From IMG/VR virus record IMGVR_UViG_3300025684_000038, positions 1-34,258 of that record: DNA of 34,258 nucleotides; one strand, written 5' to 3'. The notes under the pieces were generated by a model. It searched no databases. It saw only the letters and a list, made by a program, of their open reading frames with translations, and was not told the DNA's origin. This DNA is from a virus (taxonomy: Duplodnaviria > Caudoviricetes). Shown piece by piece: positions 8,459 through 17,429 of the stretch (positions are counted from its first letter, which is position 1; the number at the start of each line of letters is the position of its first letter). Both the position numbers and the translations under genes were made by a program.

Positions 8459-9400
8459 ATGGCAGATCGCAATAAATTTGAAGAAATGCTTGAGCGTCTT
8501 ATCAACGAAGATAAAGCAGGCGCCGAAGAGCTATTCCACGAAATCGTAGTGGAAAAATCAAGAGACATTTATGAGTCACTACTAGAAGACGAAGAAGTTG
8601 ATGAAACAACAGACGAAGAAGTAGATGAGTCAGACGAAGAAGTAGATGAGTCAGACGAAGACCTAGACGAATCAGACGACGAAGAAGTAGATGAGTCAGA
8701 CGAAGACCTAGACGAAAACTTTGATCTAGATACTTTTGAAGTAGAAGCCGATGACGAACCAGAAATGGACATGGACATGGACATGGGTGACGAAGAAGGC
8801 GAAGAAGCTGAAGGTGACGTAGAAGATCGTGTTGAAGATCTCGAAGACGAACTAGAAGCATTAAAAGCTGAATTTGAAAAAATGATGGATGGCGACGAAG
8901 GCGACGACGAAGGCGACATGGATGCAACTGACGACATGATGGGCGATATTGAACCAGAAGAAGAGTCATATGCGTTTGAATCAGACGACGAAGAAGTTGA
9001 CGAATCAGCAGACGAAGACGACGAAGACGAAGACGAAGTTGAAGAGTCAAAGCAACCAAAAAGCGCAAGAGATGAAATGCGTGAGTATGTAGAAAAAGTA
9101 TCAGCTACAATGGGCGACAACGGTGCAAACACTAAGTCAACCGTAGCAAAACCAAACAATATGGGCGGAACAACTGCTAACATCGCAAAAGCGGGAACAG
9201 AAGCAGGCGTAGAAGCTAACAAAGGTAACCTTAAAGGTTCTGCACTAAGTGATCAGAACGCTAAGGATATGAATACCAAGAACATTAACGTTCCTGGTGG
9301 TAAGGCAGCAAAAGCTGGCAAAACCGAACCTGGACACGGCGCTGAAAAGAAGTCGAAGCCAGAGACTGCTGACAATAAAAAGTCTACATTAGGCAAGTAA
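8459..9400 (+). CDS. Highly acidic prohead core/scaffold-like protein (gp67-like role)
   Basis: Asp/Glu-rich with tandem EEVDESD repeats and a basic C-terminus; immediately upstream of the prohead protease. Confidence 0.7.
   Translation: MADRNKFEEMLERLINEDKAGAEELFHEIVVEKSRDIYESLLEDEEVDETTDEEVDESDEEVDESDEDLDESDDEEVDESDEDLDENFDLDTFEVEADDEPEMDMDMDMGDEEGEEAEGDVEDRVEDLEDELEALKAEFEKMMDGDEGDDEGDMDATDDMMGDIEPEEESYAFESDDEEVDESADEDDEDEDEVEESKQPKSARDEMREYVEKVSATMGDNGANTKSTVAKPNNMGGTTANIAKAGTEAGVEANKGNLKGSALSDQNAKDMNTKNINVPGGKAAKAGKTEPGHGAEKKSKPETADNKKSTLGK
8588..8716 (+). repeat. Coding 21-bp tandem repeat (gacgaagaagtagatgagtca and a gacgaagacctagacgaa variant), about 6 units
   Basis: Exact units at 8612, 8633 and 8678; variants at 8654 and 8699. 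Confidence 0.9.
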
Positions 9401-9424
9401 GCAGTATAATATAAGGAAGTTTGA

Positions 9425-10048
9425 ATGAAAAACTTACGAGAGAACTTGACATTCGACCAAGCTAGAATTGTCGTTGAGTCTGCTAACGAAGGAAAAGACT
9501 TGTACATGAAAGGTATCATGATACAAGGCGGAGTACGCAACGCTAACCAGCGTGTGTATCCTGTAAATGAAATTGGCAGGGCTGTCAAAACTCTCAATGA
9601 TCAAATATCTGGAGGATATAGTGTTCTCGGAGAAGTAGATCATCCAGAAGGCCTTAACATTAACTTAGACCGTGTAAGTCATATGATCAGCGAATGCTGG
9701 ATGGATGATGCAAACGGTTATGGTAAATTGAAAATACTACCTACGCCGATGGGACAGTTAGTTAAAACAATGCTAGAAAGCGGAGTTAAACTAGGTGTTT
9801 CATCGCGCGGCAGTGGTAATGTATCAGAAGACGGCAGTAATGAAGTATCTGATTTTGAAATAATCACCGTGGACGTTGTGGCTCAGCCCAGCGCCCCTGG
9901 TGCATATCCTACACCAATCTATGAGCATCTAATGAATGCCCGCGGCGGATATAAGGCGTACGAATTAGCACAGGCAACAAAGCAAGACACAAAGGCACAA
10001 AAGTATCTAAAAGAGTCGTTGATTAACATAATCAACAAACTCCAATAA
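9425..10048 (+). CDS. gp21: Prohead core protease
   Basis: Motifs RNANQRVYP, LGEVDHP, KILPTPMG, LGVSSRGSG (catalytic Ser) and DVVAQPSAPGA. Confidence 0.96.
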   Translation: MKNLRENLTFDQARIVVESANEGKDLYMKGIMIQGGVRNANQRVYPVNEIGRAVKTLNDQISGGYSVLGEVDHPEGLNINLDRVSHMISECWMDDANGYGKLKILPTPMGQLVKTMLESGVKLGVSSRGSGNVSEDGSNEVSDFEIITVDVVAQPSAPGAYPTPIYEHLMNARGGYKAYELAQATKQDTKAQKYLKESLINIINKLQ

Positions 10049-10061
10049 CTAGGAGAATGGT

Positions 10062-11165
10062 ATGATAGATGCACTGAAAACACTCTTTGAGAACGATGTA
10101 GTAAACGAAGAAGTCAGGGCACAAATTGAAGAAGCTTGGGATGCAAAGGTTCGCGAAAACAAAATGCAGGCAACTGCTGAGTTACGTGAAGAATTTGCAC
10201 AAAAGTATGAGCATGATAAGTCAACTATGGTTGAAGCTATTGATGCAATGCTTTCTGAGCGTCTTACAGCAGAAATTAATGAATTTGCCGAAGATCGTGC
10301 GCAACTTGCTGAAGCGAAAGCTAAGTATGCTGTTGCAATGCGTGAAAATTCAAATCTGCTCAAGGGTTTTGTTGTAGAACAACTACAAAAAGAAATCCAA
10401 GAACTACGTACAGACAAAGTAGCAATGCAAGAAAATTATGCAAAGCTAGAAGAGTTTGTTGTAGATGCCCTATCAAACGAAATTGCAGAGTTCTACGAAG
10501 ACAAGAAAGATTTAGCTGAAACAAAAGTACGCTTAGTACGTGAAGCTAAAACACACTTCGCTAAAGTTAAAGCTAACTTTATCGAAAGAAGTGCTACAGC
10601 AGTATCTGAAATGGTTGGCAAAACACTTAAAGGTGAAATTGCTGCACTAAAAGAAGATATTGATACAGCACGTAGAAACGACTTTGGTCGTAAAATATTT
10701 GAAGCATTTGCTTCTGAGTACGGTACTAGTTACCTAAATGAAAATTCAGAAACAGCTAAACTTCTAAAAGTACTTGATCTAAAAGACAAGCAACTAGTAG
10801 AAGCAAAAGCATTTGCTACAAAGGCAAAAACTTTAGCCGAATCAGTTAACCAAGAAAAAACTCGATTAATTGAATCTGCTGAAAGAACTAAGATTATGAA
10901 CGAATTGGTCGGACCTTTAGGTAAAGATCAACGCGAGATTATGACAGACTTACTGGAATCAGTACAAACAGCACGTTTACGTGCCCAGTTTGAAAAATAC
11001 CTACCGGCTGTTATCGACGGTAACACTCCAGCGAAGAAGAAGGCAGTCCTATCAGAGGCAAAAGAAGTAACAGGCAACCGTGACGCTCAGTCACAAACTA
11101 ACGTTAGTAGACAAAAAGCAGACGATAATGTTGTTGACATTAGACGTTTAGCTGGATTAAATTAA
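10062..11165 (+). CDS. gp22: Prohead core scaffolding protein
   Basis: Coiled-coil, Glu/Lys/Ala-rich protein located between the protease and the major capsid gene, as in T4. Confidence 0.85.
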   Translation: MIDALKTLFENDVVNEEVRAQIEEAWDAKVRENKMQATAELREEFAQKYEHDKSTMVEAIDAMLSERLTAEINEFAEDRAQLAEAKAKYAVAMRENSNLLKGFVVEQLQKEIQELRTDKVAMQENYAKLEEFVVDALSNEIAEFYEDKKDLAETKVRLVREAKTHFAKVKANFIERSATAVSEMVGKTLKGEIAALKEDIDTARRNDFGRKIFEAFASEYGTSYLNENSETAKLLKVLDLKDKQLVEAKAFATKAKTLAESVNQEKTRLIESAERTKIMNELVGPLGKDQREIMTDLLESVQTARLRAQFEKYLPAVIDGNTPAKKKAVLSEAKEVTGNRDAQSQTNVSRQKADDNVVDIRRLAGLN

Positions 11166-11175
11166 GGAGATAATT

Positions 11176-12348
11176 ATGTCAGAACTACTAGAAAGTCGCT
11201 GGCAGGATACAAAAAGCGCACTACTTGAAGGCCTACAAGGCAACAAGAAGTCAGTAATGGCTGCAACTTTAGAAAATACACGTCAGTATTTGTCTGAGAC
11301 TGCCACTGCTGGAGCTACATCCGCCGGTAATGTCGCAACCCTAAACCGTGTGATCCTTCCAGTGATCAGACGTGTTATGCCAACAGTGATCGCTAATGAT
11401 CTAGTTGGTGTACAACCAATGACTGGCCCAGTTGGTCAGATTCACACGCTACGTGTTCGCTATAGCGACACAGCAGGCACAGGCGCATCAGGCGCAGTTG
11501 CTGGTGAAGAGGCACTAAGCCCATTCAAGATTGCTGAAGCATATTCAGGTAATGCAACAACTGCAAAAGCCGATGCAACAGCAGCACTAGAAGGCGCAGC
11601 GGGTAACCGTATGTCAATTCAGATCTTGAAGCAAACAGTCGAAGCAAAGTCACGCAAGCTATCAGCTCGCTGGACATTTGAAGCCGCACAAGACGCACAG
11701 TCACAGCACGGCATCGACGTTGAAGCAGAAATCATGGCAGCACTTGCTCAAGAGATTACTGCTGAGATCGACCAAGAAGTACTAAGTTCACTAGCAACAC
11801 TTGCTGGTACAGGTACTGATACGTTTAACCAGGCAGCAGTGTCAGGTACAGCTACATTCGTTGGCGATGAGCATGCAGCACTTGCAGTTCTAGTTAACCG
11901 TGCAGCAAACCGTATCGCACAGCGTACACGTCGTGGCGCAGGTAACTGGGCTGTTGTTTCACCAGCAATCCTAACTGTTCTACAAAGTGCTACAACTTCA
12001 GCATTTGCACGTACTACTGAAGGTACATTTGAAGCTCCAACTAACACTAAGATGGTTGGTACTTTGAACAATGCAATGAAAGTATATGTTAACACATATG
12101 CAGCTGATGACGATGTGCTAATTGGCTACAAAGGTTCAAGCGAATCAGATGCAGCGGCATTCTACTGCCCATACATCCCGCTAATGAGTTCAGGTGTTGT
12201 CCTAGATCCAGGCACATTCGAGCCAACAGTTTCGTTCATGACACGTTATGGATATGTTGAGCTATCGAATACTGCTTCGTCACTAGGTAACGCAGCTGAC
12301 TACCTAGAGAAGGTAGAAGTTAACAGCAGCAACCTAGCATTTAGCTAA
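11176..12348 (+). CDS. gp23: Major capsid protein
   Basis: Motifs VIRRVMP, GVQPMTGPVGQI, VEAKSRKLSARWTFEAAQD, EITAEIDQE, FYCPYIPL and FMTRYG; strong SD AAGGAG. Confidence 0.98.
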   Translation: MSELLESRWQDTKSALLEGLQGNKKSVMAATLENTRQYLSETATAGATSAGNVATLNRVILPVIRRVMPTVIANDLVGVQPMTGPVGQIHTLRVRYSDTAGTGASGAVAGEEALSPFKIAEAYSGNATTAKADATAALEGAAGNRMSIQILKQTVEAKSRKLSARWTFEAAQDAQSQHGIDVEAEIMAALAQEITAEIDQEVLSSLATLAGTGTDTFNQAAVSGTATFVGDEHAALAVLVNRAANRIAQRTRRGAGNWAVVSPAILTVLQSATTSAFARTTEGTFEAPTNTKMVGTLNNAMKVYVNTYAADDDVLIGYKGSSESDAAAFYCPYIPLMSSGVVLDPGTFEPTVSFMTRYGYVELSNTASSLGNAADYLEKVEVNSSNLAFS

Positions 12349-12370
12349 GTTAACGTTTTAACGTAAAACG

Positions 12371-12396
12371 AAAAAGGCCCTTCGGGGCCTTTTTTA
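12371..12396 (+). terminator. Rho-independent terminator with a C(UUCG)G tetraloop, possibly bidirectional
   Basis: AAAAAGGCCC-TTCG-GGGCCTTTTTT just after the capsid stop codon. Confidence 0.93.
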
Positions 12397-12430
12397 TTGA
12401 CTTTACTAAAAGCATGCTTTTCTCTTTTGT

Positions 12431-12439
12431 GATAAATAC
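12431..12439 (+). promoter_or_regulatory. Late promoter box GATAAATAC
   Basis: Matches the local NATAAATAC consensus and restarts transcription after the terminator. Confidence 0.8.
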
Positions 12440-12440
12440 T

Positions 12441-12512
12441 TATGTCGTAAATCGTGCTACATTAGTAGACTTGTGCGGAATTGACCCACCGCGTATTACT
12501 TAGAACGTAACT
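12441..12512 (+). ncRNA. Candidate structured 5' leader RNA
   Basis: Unusually long leader with hairpins CUAC-auua-GUAG and UGUGCGG-aauugaccca-CCGCGUA, and a possible closing helix UAUGU/ACGUA. No family recognised. Confidence 0.35.
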
Positions 12513-12526
12513 ATAGGAGAAAACAA

Positions 12527-12889
12527 ATGGGACGTCCAATTAATAAAAGATTTTTCGGTGCTACAGGAGTAGACGCTACACCAAAAATTCCAGCAAGATT
12601 CCATGATGGATCAAACTTAATCGAAGGAAAGATTTTATCACAACGTGGTACAAATAAATTTAACTGTTCTAATGACGGCGACACAATTACAAAGGTATGC
12701 CGTTTAGTTAACGAAATCTCACCAAATGCAGAAGGCGAAATGTCTCTAATTGGCATTGGCGCTGGCGGAAGTTCAGTAATTATTAAAAAATTATTTAATA
12801 GAACTGCAACAGACTGGGATAACAATCGTTATACTTGGGCGCTTGAAGATGACTCAACAGAATCAATTCTACGTTTAACAGCAATCTAA
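12527..12889 (+). CDS. Hypothetical virion protein (candidate head decoration or fibre anchor)
   Basis: 120 aa, SD AGGAG, has its own late promoter, directly after the capsid gene. Confidence 0.65.
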   Translation: MGRPINKRFFGATGVDATPKIPARFHDGSNLIEGKILSQRGTNKFNCSNDGDTITKVCRLVNEISPNAEGEMSLIGIGAGGSSVIIKKLFNRTATDWDNNRYTWALEDDSTESILRLTAI

Positions 12890-12898
12890 GGATAAGCT

Positions 12899-13876
12899 AT
12901 GTCTAAGTTCTTCAGAGTAGATGGTGGTGACTATAAGATTACCGTACAAAACGGTGGTGTAATAACTCTTGACACCGGTAACGAAGAAGGCACTGTTGTA
13001 ATTACAGGTGATTTGACTGTATTAGGTAATACTACTACAGTTGATACAGCAAACATGACGATTGAGGATAATATTATACTCCTCAATCGTGGTGAAGCTA
13101 ACGCAGGTGTTGCAGGAGGCGTAGGCGCCAATTCATCATCGGGTATTGAAATTGATCGAGGATCATTAAACAATGCATTTATGGTAATAGACGATAGTGT
13201 TACTGATAATGTTAACGGAACTAAAGGCCTATTTGTATTTAGATTAGATGGCGGCGCTTTAAAAGGTATTAAAACTAATCATGTTAATACAGCAGGCGGT
13301 GATTTACATTTAATTAATGCAGGATCGGGTGTAATAACTGTAGCTGGAACTGTCAATTATGAAGATAATGTTACAGATGATGATGACATTACAAATAAAA
13401 GATACGTAGACGATGCTATTAGTACAGCATTTGCTACAGTGTTTTTGCAACAGATTGGTGACGGAGTTTTAACCCCATCGAGTATTGTTGTTGCAGACGA
13501 AGAATCTAGCGGTATAGATAGTAAGATATCATTTACAATAGACGGCAACGTTGTATCAGAAGTGTTTGATGATCGTTGGGAGTTTGAAAAAATACGTTTA
13601 CGTGGAAATATAATTGAAACTATTTCTAGTAACGAAGATTTGATATTAAGTTCTCCAGGAACTGGTAGTATTCGAATTGATGATAATCTGCATATTAGTA
13701 GTGTACCAAGTCCAGGAGATATAAATCAAACACCTCTTGCTCCTAGTGAAGGTATTAAACTTTATGTAAACAATCAATACACAGGTAAAACTGGTTTATA
13801 TTTCATAAATGCAGAAGAAAACAGAGACGAATTAGTAAGTAAAAATAGAGCACTCCTTTTTGGAATGTTATTTTAA
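12899..13876 (+). CDS. Virion structural/fibre-like protein
   Basis: Beta-rich fibre-shaft motifs (VITGDLTVLGNTTTV, IEDNIILLN, GIEIDRG, ITNKRYVD) and a hydrophobic C-terminus. Confidence 0.65.
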   Translation: MSKFFRVDGGDYKITVQNGGVITLDTGNEEGTVVITGDLTVLGNTTTVDTANMTIEDNIILLNRGEANAGVAGGVGANSSSGIEIDRGSLNNAFMVIDDSVTDNVNGTKGLFVFRLDGGALKGIKTNHVNTAGGDLHLINAGSGVITVAGTVNYEDNVTDDDDITNKRYVDDAISTAFATVFLQQIGDGVLTPSSIVVADEESSGIDSKISFTIDGNVVSEVFDDRWEFEKIRLRGNIIETISSNEDLILSSPGTGSIRIDDNLHISSVPSPGDINQTPLAPSEGIKLYVNNQYTGKTGLYFINAEENRDELVSKNRALLFGMLF

Positions 13877-13885
13877 GGAACAATA

Positions 13886-14221
13886 ATGGCAATCGTAAAC
13901 GCACAATTAACAACTACACAACTAGACATTTTAACTGTTCCTGCAGGCAAAAGTTATGCAATTACAAACATACTAGTTTGTAATAATGACGCAGTTGATG
14001 CTGCAAATTTTGATTTACACTTTATACCAAGCGGCGACCCATTAAGCAACTCAATAACTAGAGTTGTAAACAATCTAGTGTTGCCAGCAGCAGAAACTTT
14101 TACTTTTGATAGTGAAAGAATTGTATTAGAAGCAGGAGATAAAGTTAGTTTTGTAGCAGGACCAAACCTTGGTGCCGGACTTACAGATCTTTCGGCTACA
14201 GTTAGCTACTTGGAAGTATAA
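13886..14221 (+). CDS. Small beta-rich virion protein, paralog A
   Basis: Shares the pattern I....[CA]N ... [LI]P...[TS] ... E[RK][IL].L ... V.SY with 20775..21104 and more weakly with 32643..32963. Confidence 0.7.
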   Translation: MAIVNAQLTTTQLDILTVPAGKSYAITNILVCNNDAVDAANFDLHFIPSGDPLSNSITRVVNNLVLPAAETFTFDSERIVLEAGDKVSFVAGPNLGAGLTDLSATVSYLEV

Positions 14222-14775
14222 TGAGATTATTAAAAGCACAAAATACAAATCTAAGAAGTATTACTGGGAAAGGTGTACAATATAATATTGATGATCTTGT
14301 AATTGTCGCCAGTACTAATTCAATAATTGTACCCAAAGGTACGCAAGCACAGCGTCCTACAAGTAACGTAAACGGCATGGTACGTTATAACACAGATGAT
14401 AATCAATTAGAAGTATATCAAAATGGTGCTTGGAGAGAAATAAGATTTAAAGAACCAAATCAAGATCCAGGAATTGTTTGGCAAGAGATTGGCACCGGTG
14501 ATGCTACTGAAACCGTTTTTGGCGAGCTACAAAGCAATGACGCTGATTTTCCAGTACCAGCAAGTGCTAATAATATTATAGTAATGATCGAAAACGTAGT
14601 TCAAATACCAACTACAAACTATACAATACATCAAACTGCTGAAATTACCACAGGCGGCGCAGAACAAGGTCCTAATCATCCTTACACTGCATCAGGTTCT
14701 GGGTGGTGGATTAAATTTACAAGTCCTGTTCCATTAGGTAAACCTGTAACTATAATTCATAACCTAGACAAATAA
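14221..14775 (+). CDS. Fibre-associated protein with a P.GT.A.RP...G..RYNT module
   Basis: VPKGTQAQRPTSNVNGMVRYNTD; the same module occurs twice in each of the next two genes. Confidence 0.7.
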   Translation: MRLLKAQNTNLRSITGKGVQYNIDDLVIVASTNSIIVPKGTQAQRPTSNVNGMVRYNTDDNQLEVYQNGAWREIRFKEPNQDPGIVWQEIGTGDATETVFGELQSNDADFPVPASANNIIVMIENVVQIPTTNYTIHQTAEITTGGAEQGPNHPYTASGSGWWIKFTSPVPLGKPVTIIHNLDK

Positions 14776-14796
14776 ATACAGTATCGGGAGATACTG
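14771..14796 (+). promoter_or_regulatory. Late promoter AATAAATAC overlapping an RBS-occluding hairpin
   Basis: Box at 14771-14778; hairpin CAGTATC-GGGA-GATACTG at 14779-14796 contains the SD GGGAG; ATG at 14798. Confidence 0.75.
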
Positions 14797-14797
14797 A

Positions 14798-17293
14798 ATG
14801 CCAGAATCACAAAATGGCCGTATAGGCGGCGGAGTTTTAAAAGATAATCTTGAACTGTACCAAGGCGGTGCAGGCAAGGACTATCTTAATTTTAAAAATA
14901 CAAGTTCAGATACTGCATTGTTGCACATTGATGCTGTCAACAATAAGATTGGTATTAACAATGAATCTCCATCTGATCAACTATTAATTCCTACTATTTT
15001 ATCAACTGTAAATTATGTTGGAACTAATGCTAACATAGACTTTGTTAGTATCGAAAACAACGGTATAAGAAGTAACAGCGGAAATTTAGTTATTTGGAGT
15101 CAATTTAATGATACGTATGCAACAGCTATTGCAACAGATGACATTAAAATTGATTTTAATACTATTAGTACTACTACAACAGACACAAATTTAGAATTAA
15201 GACCAGACGGCACTGGCGAAGTTAATATAAGAAGCAATTGGAATAACACTGGAAATATACACGCAACGGGAGACGTAACTTTCGGAGGCGACCTAACGTT
15301 AGGTGATAGCGAATATGATAGTGTTACGTTTGCTTCAGACTTAGGTAGCAACATAATACCTGCAAGAACTAATACAAGTTCATTAGGTAAAGCTAACAAG
15401 CGTTGGTTAGATTTATATAGCGGATTTTTAAACGGTCGAGTAGTTGATGTCGGTACAGTGACTCTGTCAGACACTTCGTTAGCACTGCGCCAAGGTAACA
15501 TATTTTATGTTAGTACACTAGGTGATGATACAAATGTTGGTGATCATCAACACGGTGCGTTTGCTACGATTGCAAGAGCGTTAGATGCTGCTGATTCGTC
15601 TACAATTGGGCCTGTAACAATACATGTATTTCCAGGAACATACGAAGAAGCGTGTCCGTTAGTTGTTCCTCCTCATGTTACAATCCGCGGCGAAGATTTA
15701 AGAAATACAATTATTAAACCTGATACATCAAGTCAAAGTGAAGATATATTTCACATACAGGGAGATTGTACAATTGAAGACATTACTATTAAAGATTTCT
15801 ATTATGACAGTATAAACAATACAGGATATGCATTTAGATTTACGCCAAATGGAGTAGTAAGTACACGTTCGCCTTATATTAGAAATTGTTCTATTATTAC
15901 ACAAGGCAGTGTAACAAGCGCAAGCGATCCAAGAGGGTTTAATGCAGCTGATGCAGGTAAAGGTGCATGGATTGATGGTAGTGAATTAGATCAACAAGCT
16001 AGTGGAGAGGCAAGTATGCTATTCCACAGCGTTACGTTTATTACTCCGGGTGTTGATTGTATTACAATGACAAACGGTGTAAGAGTTGAATGGCTTAATA
16101 GTTTTACCTATTTTGCCAACAGAAGTTTGTATGCAACCCAAGGCGCAACAGGGTTTGAATTACCTGATAGCACTTTACGTTACGGCGCAGAAATACGTTC
16201 AATAGGCAGCGCCAGCATATATGGAAATTATGGTGCAGAAGCAGACGGCGCAAGTACGTTGATGTACTTAATTAATCACAATTTTAGTTATATTGGCACA
16301 GGCAAAGACACAAGTAATGATAAAACATTAGCAATACAATCTAATGAAGTAACAGAACTTAATAACGGAAAAATACATTACAGTTCAACTGATCAAACTG
16401 GAACTTTTAGAGTAGGCGATAATTTCTTTGTTGATTTTGAAACCGGCGAAACAAGTTTTGATGCAGAAAATTTAACATTTACTGGTGTAAGTAGTATAAC
16501 GGTAGGCGACTTAACAGATGCAACATATATCGATGGCGCACGTATAGAAGTAGGTAATATTAGATTTAACGGAAATACTGTTACAACTATTAATGGAGAT
16601 TTAATACTATCGCCTGTTACTGGAATTTTAAATTTAAGTTCTAATCCAGGATTAGTTTTACCAAATAATACAACACTTAATAGACCAGAACAAACAGCAG
16701 ATTTAAGATATAACTCAGAAACTAATCTGTTTGAAGGGTATGCTGTTACTGGTAATGTTGCATTTGGTGGCGTGTTTAGTGATGACAGGCAATCATTTAT
16801 AAGACCAAATCAAATTACCGGAGCTATTACATTTGGATTTAATGGTGTTCAAGTTGGACAAGTAAATGATTACGGATTAGAATTGCACGGTCTTAGTAGT
16901 GGCGATGTTTTATTTAACAACAATTTAATTACAACTACATTATCTAATTCAGATTTAGAATTACGTAGAGACGGCACAGGCAATCTTAAAGTGTTTGATT
17001 TTGATTTTAAAGACAATACTATACTTAACACCAGCAACAATAATATTTCTTTAAGTGGAACAGATGCTGGCTATATCAAATTTAACTATGATACAGGGAT
17101 AGTTATACCTTACGGTACAACAGCAGAACGTCCGTTAACACCACAGGTAGGCGATACCCGTTGGAATACTGATAATACATATCTTGAAACATGGAACGGA
17201 GTTAGCTGGCAACGTGCAGCAGGCGAAGGCGAAGAAGTTACAGATGAAGTTCTAAAAGAACTTGTTGATATCTATACCCTTGTACTAGGATAA
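14798..17293 (+). CDS. Large fibre/appendage protein, paralog 1, with a putative beta-helix (pectin-lyase-like) core
   Basis: Motifs FYVSTLGDD, IHVFPGTYEE.CPL, GEDLRNTIIKP, SPYIRN and STDQTGTFRVGD. Colinear with 17430..20771. Confidence 0.75.
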   Translation: MPESQNGRIGGGVLKDNLELYQGGAGKDYLNFKNTSSDTALLHIDAVNNKIGINNESPSDQLLIPTILSTVNYVGTNANIDFVSIENNGIRSNSGNLVIWSQFNDTYATAIATDDIKIDFNTISTTTTDTNLELRPDGTGEVNIRSNWNNTGNIHATGDVTFGGDLTLGDSEYDSVTFASDLGSNIIPARTNTSSLGKANKRWLDLYSGFLNGRVVDVGTVTLSDTSLALRQGNIFYVSTLGDDTNVGDHQHGAFATIARALDAADSSTIGPVTIHVFPGTYEEACPLVVPPHVTIRGEDLRNTIIKPDTSSQSEDIFHIQGDCTIEDITIKDFYYDSINNTGYAFRFTPNGVVSTRSPYIRNCSIITQGSVTSASDPRGFNAADAGKGAWIDGSELDQQASGEASMLFHSVTFITPGVDCITMTNGVRVEWLNSFTYFANRSLYATQGATGFELPDSTLRYGAEIRSIGSASIYGNYGAEADGASTLMYLINHNFSYIGTGKDTSNDKTLAIQSNEVTELNNGKIHYSSTDQTGTFRVGDNFFVDFETGETSFDAENLTFTGVSSITVGDLTDATYIDGARIEVGNIRFNGNTVTTINGDLILSPVTGILNLSSNPGLVLPNNTTLNRPEQTADLRYNSETNLFEGYAVTGNVAFGGVFSDDRQSFIRPNQITGAITFGFNGVQVGQVNDYGLELHGLSSGDVLFNNNLITTTLSNSDLELRRDGTGNLKVFDFDFKDNTILNTSNNNISLSGTDAGYIKFNYDTGIVIPYGTTAERPLTPQVGDTRWNTDNTYLETWNGVSWQRAAGEGEEVTDEVLKELVDIYTLVLG

Positions 17294-17304
17294 TCCTCAA
17301 AAAC

Positions 17305-17313
17305 GATAAATAC
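17305..17313 (+). promoter_or_regulatory. Late promoter box GATAAATAC
   Basis: Matches the consensus; intergenic. Confidence 0.8.
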
Positions 17314-17319
17314 TATTAA

Positions 17320-17420
17320 TGCAAAACGCGACTATTTGTTTTGCAGGTCCATACTGTGGTTAACCAGCAAAGAGCCGAAAGGCTGAGAATTTGGCTAGAG
17401 GGACAGGATCCCCGTATTGA
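17320..17420 (+). ncRNA. Candidate structured cis-regulatory leader RNA
   Basis: 9-bp hairpin (17320-17328 / 17337-17345), GNRA hairpin AGCC-GAAA-GGCU (17373-17384), possible GUCC/GGAC and UGGUUAA/UUGGCUA pairings; locally GC-rich; abuts the SD GAGGAG. Confidence 0.5.
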
Positions 17421-17429
17421 GGAGCAAAG

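Noticed and set aside
8588-8716. Possible CRISPR-like array
   Set aside because: The units are contiguous in-frame coding repeats with no unique spacers.
8502-9222. Long antisense ORFs (Arg/Leu-rich 188 aa and Ser-rich 217 aa)
   Set aside because: They are mirror images of the GAA/GAC-rich sense repeat, with no independent SD or promoter.
9405-9410. TATAAT as a sigma70 -10 box before the protease gene
   Set aside because: No convincing -35 element at the right spacing; likely chance in AT-rich DNA.
12354-12370. Hairpin CGTTTTA-acg-TAAAACG before the capsid terminator
   Set aside because: A weak AT-rich stem with a 3-nt loop and no evident separate function.
17350-17410. Hammerhead ribozyme or a known riboswitch
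   Set aside because: The CUGANGA core and known aptamer consensus could not be placed, so it is kept only as an unclassified structured leader.
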